From Deferrisomatales bacterium (GTDB lineage Bacteria; Desulfobacterota; Deferrisomatia; Deferrisomatales; JACRMM01): 35,789 nucleotides of DNA. The translations under genes and the position numbers were made by a program. Positions 13,192-21,692 of the stretch are shown piece after piece. The stretch covers positions 1-35,789 of the forward strand of contig JAWSUI010000039.1 of assembly GCA_033551855.1 (NCBI GenBank), written 5' to 3'. Below the pieces are notes generated by a model. That model saw only the letters and a program-made list of their open reading frames with translations. It had not been told where the DNA came from and did not search any database. Position 1 is the stretch's first letter, and each line of letters opens with the position of its first letter.

Positions 13192-13214
13192 GGTGGCTCA
13201 GGGAGTGAGCCACC
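13192..13214. promoter_or_regulatory. Perfect inverted repeat GGTGGCTCA-N5-TGAGCCACC, candidate WYL-regulator operator
   Basis: 9-bp arms with a 5-bp spacer between the WYL gene and the exonuclease-cas3 operon. It sits just upstream of a TGnTAGAAA extended -10-like element on the minus strand and has no U-tract. Confidence 0.6.
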
Positions 13215-13220
13215 GGCGGA

Positions 13221-14186
13221 CTATTTCTCCCGGTAGAGCGCGGCGGCGGCCCGATGGAGATCGCCAACCCGGCGGCGTAGGTCCTCGGGTTCCAGGACCT
13301 CCACGTCGGGGCCGTATTTCAGGATGTCGAGGAGGAGCTCGCGGGGGTCGGAAAAGGGGACGGTGAGCTCGTAGGCGCCGTCCACCCACCGGCCGCACTG
13401 CTCGGGGTGCCAGACCTCGTCGGCCACCCAGCGGGCCCTCTCGGCGGAGAACCGCAACACGGCTCGGGCGGTCGGCGCTCCGGAGAAGATGCCGAAGCTC
13501 GCGTCGAGGTAGGCGTCGAGGTCGGCTTCAGGCACGGGTGCGAAGGGCGGCGCGGCGGGTCTGGCGTGTCGGATGCGGTCGAGCGAGAAGACGCGCAGCT
13601 CGCGGGCCGCCTCGCACCAGGCCAGGAGGTACCAGTTGTCCCGGTAGTGCAGGAGGCACTGGGGGTGGACGCGGCGGCGGGTCGCGTCGCCCCGGGTGCG
13701 GCCGTGGTACTCCAGATCGAGAGGCCTGGGTTCCAGCACGGCCTGGGCCACCGCAGCGAACCGCTCGGGGTGCGTCCGGCGCCGTGCAGCCGGCACGATG
13801 CGGACCCGGGAGACGACGGCCTCGGCGGGGTGACCGGCCCGGGAGAGGATGTCCCTCACCCGGGCCAAGAGCGGGCCGAGGTAAGGGGTGAGGATGCCGG
13901 GCTGCACCTGCTCCAGGAGGCGGGCGCTCGCGAGCAGGGCGTAGAGCTCGCTCTCGTTGAGCCAGAAGCCGGGAAGCTCGAAGGCTTCGGCCCGGGGATC
14001 GTACCGGTAGCCGTTGGCTTCCCGCTCGTAGGTGACCGGGGCCCCGAAGAAGTCGCGCAGGTATCGGAGATCGCGCACCACGGTGGCGCGGGAGGTTTCG
14101 AGGCGTCCGACGAAGTCGGCCATGCTTACGGGACGCCTGCCGCCGAGCAGGGCGTGGAGGCGGCAGAGGCGTTCCGCCCGGTTCAT
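13221..14186 (-). CDS. HTH-WYL-WCX transcriptional regulator (YafY/PafC/DriD-like)
   Basis: N-terminal wHTH (MNRAERL..LETSRATVVRDLRYLRD), WYL domain (RRVHPQCLLHYRDNWYLLAWC..RVFSLDRI) and WCX domain (ILKYGPDVEVLEPEDLR). Confidence 0.94.
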   Translation of the reverse strand: MNRAERLCRLHALLGGRRPVSMADFVGRLETSRATVVRDLRYLRDFFGAPVTYEREANGYRYDPRAEAFELPGFWLNESELYALLASARLLEQVQPGILTPYLGPLLARVRDILSRAGHPAEAVVSRVRIVPAARRRTHPERFAAVAQAVLEPRPLDLEYHGRTRGDATRRRVHPQCLLHYRDNWYLLAWCEAARELRVFSLDRIRHARPAAPPFAPVPEADLDAYLDASFGIFSGAPTARAVLRFSAERARWVADEVWHPEQCGRWVDGAYELTVPFSDPRELLLDILKYGPDVEVLEPEDLRRRVGDLHRAAAALYREK

Positions 14187-14392
14187 CGCCGCGGGGGGGC
14201 CGGAGTCATCTCTCGCCCTCTCCTCTCGGTCCGGGAACGGAGCGTGGCGGGAGGGGTTGGGAACCGGCCGGCGCCCCCCCCACGAGAGGCGAGCATACAA
14301 TAGGCCGTTCGGAGTGGAAAGGAAGGTCTGGGCCGCCCCGGGGCCAAAGGCCGGCGGAGCGCCCTACCCGTCGGGGGTGCGGGCCGGCCCCG

Positions 14393-16312
14393 TCAGTCGT
14401 CCTCCCCGGCGGGGAGAATCCCCCGCTCGCGGAAGTCGTCGGCGACCTCGTCCAGGGAGAGGCGGCGAAGCGTCTCTTCCGTGGGGATGCCCTCGGCGTT
14501 CCAGCCCTTGAGCTCGTAGTACGCATCCAGGAGCGTGGTTTCCATCTCGGGGTCCCGGTGCTTCCAGTGGTCGGCGGGGGGAGCCTCGTCACGGCGGCGG
14601 AGGCCCCGCCGGACGTTGAGCGCCCTCACCAGGTTCCGGTTGCGCGCCGCCACTTCCCAAAGCCCGTCGGAATCGATGTCCAGGCCGCTCGCCAGGGAGA
14701 TGAACTCCGGGAGGTTGTAGAGGTGGTACGGCGGCCGGCCGCCGAACTGTCCTCGGAAGGACGAAAGGAACGCGCAGGTGCCCAAGGCGTCGTCCACGTA
14801 GTGCATCGTCTCGTTCCAGTCGCAGATGTTGATCGCCGCCTCTACCGAAGGGTGTTGTTTGGGCTCCCACTCCATCAGGTATTTCTTGAACCGCTCCGGA
14901 GCCGCCTCCCAGTTGGCCACGAATCGCTCTCGCTCCTCGATGTCCTCGATCGGCTGCTGCGGGAAGGACCCCTCGATCTGCGTGATATTCATCTTCTCGC
15001 CGGTGGCGTACATCAGGAAGTACGGGTAGTTGATCATCCCGAGCTTGATCGGAACCTGCTCGAACTTCTTCATGGTATTGTGGTCGAAGGCCTCGGCCCC
15101 CTTGCCGATCTGGCGCGCCGCCCAGTAGACGCCGTTGGCCAGCACGTCTCCGATGCCATCCCTGCGGACGACCTTCTCCACGAGGTAGAAGAACCGTTCG
15201 GCTCCCTTTGCAGGAAAGCCGGGGAGATCCTGATCCGTCAGGATGCCTGCCTCGTAGAGCTCGACGGCAAACGCGAGGACCTGAGGCGTAGAATAACCGT
15301 CGAGGCCGTATTCCTGCGTGACGCCGAGAATGTCGTAGTCGAAATCCAGCTCTTCGAACGCCGCCATGGCATAGGTGAGCTTGCTGTAGCACTTCTGGAA
15401 GTAAGGGCGGCGCCCCGGATACCGGATGGCCTGGTGGCACCCCTTGGCACAGTTGTAACAGCCGACCCAACGGGCTCGGATGCTTTCTTCCAGCGCCTTC
15501 CAGCGATCTTCTCGTTCCTTGTTCCAGTACCCCCTCATGCGGGTGCGCGCGTTGCCCCAAGCGAAGTTCTCCACGTGGAACTCGTCGCCTTCCCCGTGGG
15601 CCATGGAATCCCCGCAGTGGGGGTTGTCGCGGATCTCCATCTGCATCCGCAGGCACTTCTCCATGAGCTCGCTCGGCCGGGCGACGTTGACGTCCCTCGT
15701 GCCCCGCACGGCGATGGCCTTCAACCGCTTGTCGCCCATGATGACGCCGACCCCGCGGGAGGCGCTGGCGACGTCGTGCTCGATCGAGGCCATGAAGACC
15801 CGGTTCTCGCCGGCCAGGCCGATGGCGGCGACCTGGGCGTCGGGCTCCCGCAGCTCTTCCCGTATCCTGTCGGCGGTCTCGAGGGCCCCCCTCCCGCTCA
15901 GATGCCGGGCGTCGCGGATCTCGACCCGGTCGTCGTGAATGTGCAGGTAGACCAGTCCCGAGGCCCTTCCCCGAATCACGAGCTTGTCGTAGCCCGCATG
16001 CTTCATCTCCGGCCCGAAGTACCCCCCGAAGACCGAGTGGGAGTATCGGTCGGTCTGGGGCGAGAAGGTGTCGACGAACGTGCGGTTCGCCCCAGGGACC
16101 GGCGTGCCGTGCAGGAGCCCCGTGCTGAAGATCAGCAGGTTGTCGGTGGAGAACGGTGTGAGCTCGGGCTGCACGCGCTCCCACAGGATCTTCGCCGCCG
16201 TGCCCTGCCCCCCCAGGTGCCGGCGCATCCCGTCTGGGTCGGTCTCCACTCTCTCGATATTGCCGGTGGAGAGGTCGATCTCGAGTTGAAACCCGGTCTC
16301 CGCGTAACGCAT
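14393..16312 (-). CDS. bamB: BamB-like tungsten enzyme (class II benzoyl-CoA reductase active-site subunit homolog, AOR family)
   Basis: MRYAETG..EIDL start, FHVENFAWGNARTR, CYNCAKGC Fe-S motif, KCYSKLTY (metal-ligand Cys), GEKMNITQIEG and MHYVDDALG all follow Geobacter BamB as I recall it. Looks like a divergent paralog. Confidence 0.8.
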   Translation of the reverse strand: MRYAETGFQLEIDLSTGNIERVETDPDGMRRHLGGQGTAAKILWERVQPELTPFSTDNLLIFSTGLLHGTPVPGANRTFVDTFSPQTDRYSHSVFGGYFGPEMKHAGYDKLVIRGRASGLVYLHIHDDRVEIRDARHLSGRGALETADRIREELREPDAQVAAIGLAGENRVFMASIEHDVASASRGVGVIMGDKRLKAIAVRGTRDVNVARPSELMEKCLRMQMEIRDNPHCGDSMAHGEGDEFHVENFAWGNARTRMRGYWNKEREDRWKALEESIRARWVGCYNCAKGCHQAIRYPGRRPYFQKCYSKLTYAMAAFEELDFDYDILGVTQEYGLDGYSTPQVLAFAVELYEAGILTDQDLPGFPAKGAERFFYLVEKVVRRDGIGDVLANGVYWAARQIGKGAEAFDHNTMKKFEQVPIKLGMINYPYFLMYATGEKMNITQIEGSFPQQPIEDIEERERFVANWEAAPERFKKYLMEWEPKQHPSVEAAINICDWNETMHYVDDALGTCAFLSSFRGQFGGRPPYHLYNLPEFISLASGLDIDSDGLWEVAARNRNLVRALNVRRGLRRRDEAPPADHWKHRDPEMETTLLDAYYELKGWNAEGIPTEETLRRLSLDEVADDFRERGILPAGEDD

Positions 16313-16323
16313 GGCGCCCCCGA

Positions 16324-18531
16324 TCAGCCCTCGTCCGCCTTGTAGACCTTGCAGAGCAGCCCCCGCAGCGGCCAGCCGCCGCTGATGGGGTTGCAGACCT
16401 CGGGATCGTCGTCGGTGAGGACGTTGCAGTTCGATTTCCACACCCCATGCAGGGACGGCTCGGCGCCCTCCTCCTCGGGGAACCACCAGCCGTGCTGGAC
16501 GTGGACCACCCGGGGGTCGATCCCTTCGAACAGGCGGCATTTTTGCCGGATCCTGCCCCGGGGCGACTCGATCCAGACCCAGTCGTCGTTGCCGATGCCG
16601 AGCCCCGCCGCAGTCTCCGGGTGGAGCTGCACGATGGGATCCGGGTGCATCTTGCGCAGCGAGGCGTTCTGCCGGTGCTCGGAGTGGTAATACGGCTGGT
16701 GCCGTCCGCCGGTGATGAGGATGAAGGGGTACTCGGCCGCCAGGTCCGGCCGGCTCACGGGGCTTTCGGCGGGCTCGCGGAAGTCGGGCAGGGGATCGTA
16801 CCCCAGGGACTCGAGCACGGTGGAGTACAGCTCGACCTTCCCCGTCGCCGTGCCGAACCCTGTCTTCTCGTACCGCTTGGGCTCCTTCTTGGCGCCCATG
16901 TGCCCACCGCGGGCCATGAACTCCGAGAAGGTGAGGCCCAGGGGTTTGAGCCGGTAGTCGTAGACGTCTTCCAGGGTTTCCCAGGGCCAGTCCTCCGGGC
17001 TCTGGCCGACCTGGAGACCCAGGCCCCTCCAGATGTCGTAGTCGTCGCGGCGGTCGTAGGCGCCGGGCACCATCTTGGGAAGGGCGCGCTCCCCCCCGAC
17101 GATGCCCGAGTACGCCCAGATCCACGGGCGCTCCAGGTACGTCGTGGCCGGCAAGACGTAGTCCGCCAACTGGGCGCTGGGGGTCATGAAGAAGTCCGCC
17201 ACCACGTAGAGATCCAGCTTCTTGAGCGCCCGGTGGACCAGCTTGGTGTTGGGCGCCGTCACCATGGGATTGCTCGACAGGGTGATCATGCCCCGCACCG
17301 GGTAGGGTTCGTCCGTGAGGATGGCCCGGTAGATGGTCGGCCCGTGGGCGTAGACCTCGTAGGAGCTGCGGGCGTGGGCCTCGCGGCCCCACACCCTGGC
17401 CACGGCGTCCTGCACCCGGTCGAAGCCCTGGCGCGAGAAGAACCGGAAGCGCTCGATCCCGAGCGTCTTCTCGATCTGCCCCGGGGGCAGCCGGTCGTGG
17501 GCGGCGATCTCCTGCTCGTGGATGAAGCCCGGCATGGGCGTGGTGAACACGTCCCCACCCTTCTCCTCCAGGTGCCCGCACAGGGCCGCCAGGGCGAAGT
17601 GAGCGTGCAGGGTCTCGATCACCGTGGCTTGGTGCTCCAGGCCCATGCCGTGGCTGGAGGCGGCGGGCCGGAGGGTGGCATACCACTCGGCGGCCTGGCG
17701 AATCTGGTCCGCCGGGAGCCAGGTGATCTCGCTGACCTTTTCGACGGGGTACCGGGCCGCCCGCTCCCGCAGCTCGTCGAAGCCGTGGCACCAACGGGAG
17801 ACGAAATCCTTGTCGTAGAGCTCCTTTTCGATGATGTGGTGGATCATCCCCAGAGCGAGGGCGACGTCGGTTCCGGGGCGGAGTTGGAGCCACAGGTCCG
17901 CGTGCCGGGTGGAGTCGATTCCCCGGGGGTCGATGACGATGATCTTGGCGCCGTTTTCCTGCCGGGCCTTCTTGGCCGCCTGCCAGAACACGTCCCAATA
18001 CCGGGGCCCCCCGCCCCCCCACAGGAGCACGCACTGGGTTTCCGCCCGCACCACGGGGAACACCCGCCACCCGAAGATGGTGTGACTCATGGCGCAGAAG
18101 GGCCCGTAACAGATCTGTCCGGCGCCGGTGTGATTGGGGGTGCCCAGCAGGTTCAGGAACCGCTGTCGGATCTCGTCGTGGGTCCGGCCCGTGCCGCTCG
18201 TGCAGGCGATGGTCTCCGCCCCGTAGCGGTCCACGAGCTGCCGCATCTTGCCTCCGATCTCGGCGAGGGCCTCGTCCCACGAGATCGCCTGCCATCGGTT
18301 TTCTCCCCGGGCGCCGACCCTCCGCAGGGGGTAGTTGAGCCGTTTCGGGTGGTTGAAGTACTCCAGCACGTGCCGACGCCGGGGGCACGCCTTGGTGATG
18401 GGGTACGAAGACCGGGTGCCGGGGAAGCCCTCGTCCGGCTCCACGGCCACCAGGCACCCGTCCTCCACCGTGGCCGCCAGCCGGCAGCCGTTGTGGCACT
18501 GGATGCAGATGACCTTCTTGACTTCTGCCAT
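16324..18531 (-). CDS. Mo/W-bis-PGD oxidoreductase, acetylene hydratase-like clade of the DMSO reductase family
   Basis: CxxCHxxC..C Fe-S motif, RLNYPLRRVGARGENRW..ISWDEAL, LLGTPN..QIC ligand, HSEHRQ and HGWWFPE. Start at 18531 has an AGGAG SD; 18567 is an alternative that overlaps the upstream stop. No Tat signal. Confidence 0.9.
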   Translation of the reverse strand: MAEVKKVICIQCHNGCRLAATVEDGCLVAVEPDEGFPGTRSSYPITKACPRRRHVLEYFNHPKRLNYPLRRVGARGENRWQAISWDEALAEIGGKMRQLVDRYGAETIACTSGTGRTHDEIRQRFLNLLGTPNHTGAGQICYGPFCAMSHTIFGWRVFPVVRAETQCVLLWGGGGPRYWDVFWQAAKKARQENGAKIIVIDPRGIDSTRHADLWLQLRPGTDVALALGMIHHIIEKELYDKDFVSRWCHGFDELRERAARYPVEKVSEITWLPADQIRQAAEWYATLRPAASSHGMGLEHQATVIETLHAHFALAALCGHLEEKGGDVFTTPMPGFIHEQEIAAHDRLPPGQIEKTLGIERFRFFSRQGFDRVQDAVARVWGREAHARSSYEVYAHGPTIYRAILTDEPYPVRGMITLSSNPMVTAPNTKLVHRALKKLDLYVVADFFMTPSAQLADYVLPATTYLERPWIWAYSGIVGGERALPKMVPGAYDRRDDYDIWRGLGLQVGQSPEDWPWETLEDVYDYRLKPLGLTFSEFMARGGHMGAKKEPKRYEKTGFGTATGKVELYSTVLESLGYDPLPDFREPAESPVSRPDLAAEYPFILITGGRHQPYYHSEHRQNASLRKMHPDPIVQLHPETAAGLGIGNDDWVWIESPRGRIRQKCRLFEGIDPRVVHVQHGWWFPEEEGAEPSLHGVWKSNCNVLTDDDPEVCNPISGGWPLRGLLCKVYKADEG

Positions 18532-18563
18532 GGAGGGCTCCTCTATGACCCTGGAAGGGTCCG

Positions 18564-20138
18564 TCATTCAGAGCGTTTCGCCTGGGCGTCCGCCTGCCGC
18601 AGCTTGAAGCGCTGCAGCTTTCCCGTGGCCGTCTTCGGAAGCTCCGACACGTACTCGATCCACCGCGGGTACTTGTACGGAGCGATCCTGTCCTTGACGA
18701 ACTGCTGGAGCTCCCCGGTGAGCTCGGGAGACGGCGTCCACCCGCTGCGCAGGACCACATACGCTTTGGGTTTGACCAGGCTCTGCGGGTCGGGCGAGCC
18801 GATCACACCGCACTCGGCCACGGCCGGGTGGAGGCCCAGTGTCGCCTCGACCTCGATGGGAGCGACCCAGATCCCACCGCTCTTGATCATGTCGTCGCCC
18901 CGGCCGGCGAACCAGAACCGGCCCTCCTCGTCCCGGGAGAACTTGTCGCCGGTCTTCACCCACTCCCCCAGGAACGTGCGCTGGGAGAGCTCGTGCTTGT
19001 TCCAGTAGCCCGCCGCCACGAAGCCCGCCCGAACCAGCACGTTCCCGATCTCGCCCGGCCCCACGTCGGCTCCGTCTTCATCCGCGAGCCGTACACCCAC
19101 CCCCGGCAAGGGCCTTCCGGTGGAGCCCGGGGTGATCTCCTCCGGGCGGTTCGAGATGAAGATGTGGTAGCACTCGGTGGCGCCGATGCCGTCGACGATG
19201 TCGAGGTTCCAGGCCGCCTTCCATCCCTCCTGCACGGCCGGGGGGAGAGCCTCGCCGGCAGACAGGCAGAGACGAACCGAGCGAAAGTCGAACGCTTCCG
19301 TAAAGCGAGGAAGGGCCAGCATGGCGTTGTACGCCGTGGGAACGCCGCAGAAGACCGTGGGGCGCTCGCGGGTGACGAGCTCGGCGATGGTGTCCGGTTC
19401 GGGGCGGTCCGGCATCAGGATCGTCGTGGCGCCTGCACCGAAGGGGAGATACAGGGAGTTGCCCTGTCCGTAGCCGAAGAAGAGCTTGGCCACGGACAGG
19501 AAGCGGTCGTCCTCGGTGATCCCGAGCAGGGCATGCGCATAGCTCTCGAAGTGGCACAGGATGTTCCTGTGCATCTGCACGATGCCCTTGGGAACCCCCG
19601 TGGTCCCGGAGCTGTACTGCCAGACAGCCGAGTCATCCCGGCAGGTGTCGGCGGCCGAAAGCTCCTCACCCGCCGCCGCGACGAGGTCCCGGTAGGCCAG
19701 GTGCCCCCGCCCCCCCTCCCCGATGACGACCACGCGGCGAAGGTGGGCCAGGGTCGGACGCGCCGCCTCCACGGGTTCCAGCAGGGACTCGTGGACGATG
19801 GCGACCTTGGCTCGGCTGTCCCTCAGGATGTAGGCGATGTCCGCCGCCGGGAGGAGGGTGTTCGCCGCGATCGGCACGGCCCCGATCTTCATGCTCGCCA
19901 GCAGGCCGAAGACCAGCTCCGGGAGGTCGGGAGAGAGCAGGAAGACCCGGTTCTCGATCTCGACGCCCAGGCCTCGGAGGGCGTTGCCCAGACGGTTGAC
20001 CTCCCGCTGCACCTCCCGGTAGGTCCAGCTCTGTCCGCGGCACATCAGGGCCACCTTGTCCCCCCGGCCCTCGGCCAGGTGGCGGTCCAGCAGAAAGGTC
20101 GCCGCGTTGAACCGTTCGGGAATCTCGACGCTGTGCAT
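18564..20138 (-). CDS. Benzoate-CoA ligase family (aryl-CoA ligase)
   Basis: PERFNAA, YSSGTTGVPKG, AKLFFGYGQGN, SAGEALP, DGIGATE..HIFISN, APYKYPRWIE, LPKTATGKLQRFKLR. Confidence 0.92.
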   Translation of the reverse strand: MHSVEIPERFNAATFLLDRHLAEGRGDKVALMCRGQSWTYREVQREVNRLGNALRGLGVEIENRVFLLSPDLPELVFGLLASMKIGAVPIAANTLLPAADIAYILRDSRAKVAIVHESLLEPVEAARPTLAHLRRVVVIGEGGRGHLAYRDLVAAAGEELSAADTCRDDSAVWQYSSGTTGVPKGIVQMHRNILCHFESYAHALLGITEDDRFLSVAKLFFGYGQGNSLYLPFGAGATTILMPDRPEPDTIAELVTRERPTVFCGVPTAYNAMLALPRFTEAFDFRSVRLCLSAGEALPPAVQEGWKAAWNLDIVDGIGATECYHIFISNRPEEITPGSTGRPLPGVGVRLADEDGADVGPGEIGNVLVRAGFVAAGYWNKHELSQRTFLGEWVKTGDKFSRDEEGRFWFAGRGDDMIKSGGIWVAPIEVEATLGLHPAVAECGVIGSPDPQSLVKPKAYVVLRSGWTPSPELTGELQQFVKDRIAPYKYPRWIEYVSELPKTATGKLQRFKLRQADAQAKRSE

Positions 20139-20167
20139 GACTGGCTCCTTCGCCTCCTTGGGACGGT

Positions 20168-20569
20168 TCAGTCGATGACTTCCACCAGCACCCCGTTCAT
20201 GAAGGCCGGATTGAGAAAGGCATACCGGCTCTTCTCCCAGGCCCGGGGGGTCTTGTCGAGCATCTCGAAGCCGGCAGCTTTCAGCGTTGCCATCGCCTGC
20301 ACCGTGTCCGGGACCTTGAAGGACACGAGCATGACGCCCTCGCCCCGCTTCCGGAGGAAGCGGTCAACGTCGCTCCCCTCCCGCGTGGACGCCATGAGCT
20401 CGTAGCCCACCTCGCCGACATAGTAGCGGGCCACGTCGATCGCCTCGGCCTCGTGGCGGTAGGCCAGGTCCGGGCCCGCCTTCCCCAGGAACGGCTCCCA
20501 CACCTTCCTCGCCTGCTCCAGGTCCTTCACCGCGATGCAGATGTGGTCGATCTTCTCGATGCCGAGCAT
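20168..20569 (-). CDS. VOC/glyoxalase superfamily protein (methylmalonyl-CoA epimerase-like)
   Basis: KIDHICIAVKDL, YELM, RFLRKRGEGV, AFLNP..NGVLVEVI. Confidence 0.87.
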   Translation of the reverse strand: MLGIEKIDHICIAVKDLEQARKVWEPFLGKAGPDLAYRHEAEAIDVARYYVGEVGYELMASTREGSDVDRFLRKRGEGVMLVSFKVPDTVQAMATLKAAGFEMLDKTPRAWEKSRYAFLNPAFMNGVLVEVID

Positions 20570-20633
20570 GGTGGGCTCTCCTTTGGGCGATTGCCGTGAG
20601 TGGGTATGTGGCTCAAGGTCTCCCTGGGTCGTT

Positions 20634-20649
20634 TGCGAAATCCGTGCCG
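20634..20649 (-). promoter_or_regulatory. Sigma-54 (-24/-12) promoter for the VOC-ligase-Mo enzyme-bamB operon
   Basis: Minus strand CGGCACGGATTTCGCA has exact GG-N10-GC spacing, 65 bp upstream of the VOC start. Confidence 0.75.
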
Positions 20650-20795
20650 TGCCCAGACACGCCGACTACCGGGCACGGTCCGCGTCGGTTGTTGTCGAAA
20701 AGCCACACTACGATCCGAATCGCTGGGGTCGCGGCTGAAAATAACTTTCAAGTCAACGCCTTGCGAGTGTTGGGGCTGTCGTCGGTCCTGTGGCG

Positions 20796-21680
20796 TCAGC
20801 GCACCGCAGCGGCTCCGCCGCCCCCCGGCGGGCGTCCGTGGAGGAGGCCCAGGGCGGCACGGGTCAAGGCCGCGCCGGGGTCTTGCCAGTCCAGGATCAC
20901 ATCGAAGTGGTTGCGGCCGAAGACTTCGAAGCACTCGACGGGAAACCCGCGGGCCGCCCAGGCCCCGCCGTAGCGCAGGCTTTGGCGCTTGAACTCGTCG
21001 GTCTCGGCTTCGGCGTAGGCGAGCACGAGGGGGCAGCCCCGCTCGGGGAGGTGGTAGAGCGGACTCATCGCGCGGGCCGTGGCCGTGTCCAGCCCCAGCC
21101 ACTCGTTGACGTGGGTGCGGGGAACGAGCGACAGATCGTAGAGGCCGCTCACCCCGAAAGCGCCCTTCACGACGTCGTCGGGCACCCCGGCTGCCTCCTG
21201 CCACCCCCCCGCGAGCACCATGCCCGCCAGGTGGCCCCCGGCGGAGCTGCCGGCGACCACGAGACGGTTGCGGTCTACGCCGTAGTCCTCACCGTGGCGC
21301 CAGAGCCATGCGACGGCACGGCGCACCTGTGCCACGATGGCCGGCAGCGTGGCGGCCGGGGCGAGGGAGTAGTCCACCGAGACGACCGCTGCGCCCGCCC
21401 GTGTGAAGGTCTCGGCCATGAAACAGCCGTCGTCCTTCGAGAGCAGCCGCCAGTATCCCCCGTGGAGGAAGATGAAGGCCGGGGCCCGGGGGACGCCCGG
21501 GACGGGAAAGACATGCAGGGTGTCGGTCGCCCCTCGGCCATAGGCAAGGTCGCGGTGGCACGGCAGCGACGCCAGCGCCTTCGCCGACTCGCTGCGGTAC
21601 GCCGCGAGGAAGGGCGCCACGTCGGCCACGGTCCCGCGGGCGTTGAACTGTCGATCGAGCTCTTCCTGGGATGCGTACAC
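20796..21680 (-). CDS. Alpha/beta hydrolase, arylformamidase (kynurenine formamidase)-like
   Basis: ELDRQFNAR, FLHGGYWR, DYSLAP, GSSAGGHL nucleophile elbow, SGLYDL, ETDEFKRQS, NHFDV. Confidence 0.85.
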   Translation of the reverse strand: MYASQEELDRQFNARGTVADVAPFLAAYRSESAKALASLPCHRDLAYGRGATDTLHVFPVPGVPRAPAFIFLHGGYWRLLSKDDGCFMAETFTRAGAAVVSVDYSLAPAATLPAIVAQVRRAVAWLWRHGEDYGVDRNRLVVAGSSAGGHLAGMVLAGGWQEAAGVPDDVVKGAFGVSGLYDLSLVPRTHVNEWLGLDTATARAMSPLYHLPERGCPLVLAYAEAETDEFKRQSLRYGGAWAARGFPVECFEVFGRNHFDVILDWQDPGAALTRAALGLLHGRPPGGGGAAAVR

Positions 21681-21692
21681 GGCACCGCCCGT

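Noticed and set aside
13192..13214. Inverted repeat as an intrinsic terminator of the WYL gene
   Set aside because: No U-tract directly follows it on either strand, and its position next to a -10-like element fits an operator better.
16324..18531. Calling the Mo/W enzyme acetylene hydratase
   Set aside because: The catalytic Asp next to the second Fe-S Cys is replaced by His, so only a family-level call is justified.
14393..18760. 1455-aa ORF suggesting a giant fusion protein
   Set aside because: Only the part from MRYAETG (16312) is protein-like. The rest is an off-frame read-through of the Mo-enzyme gene in GC-rich DNA.
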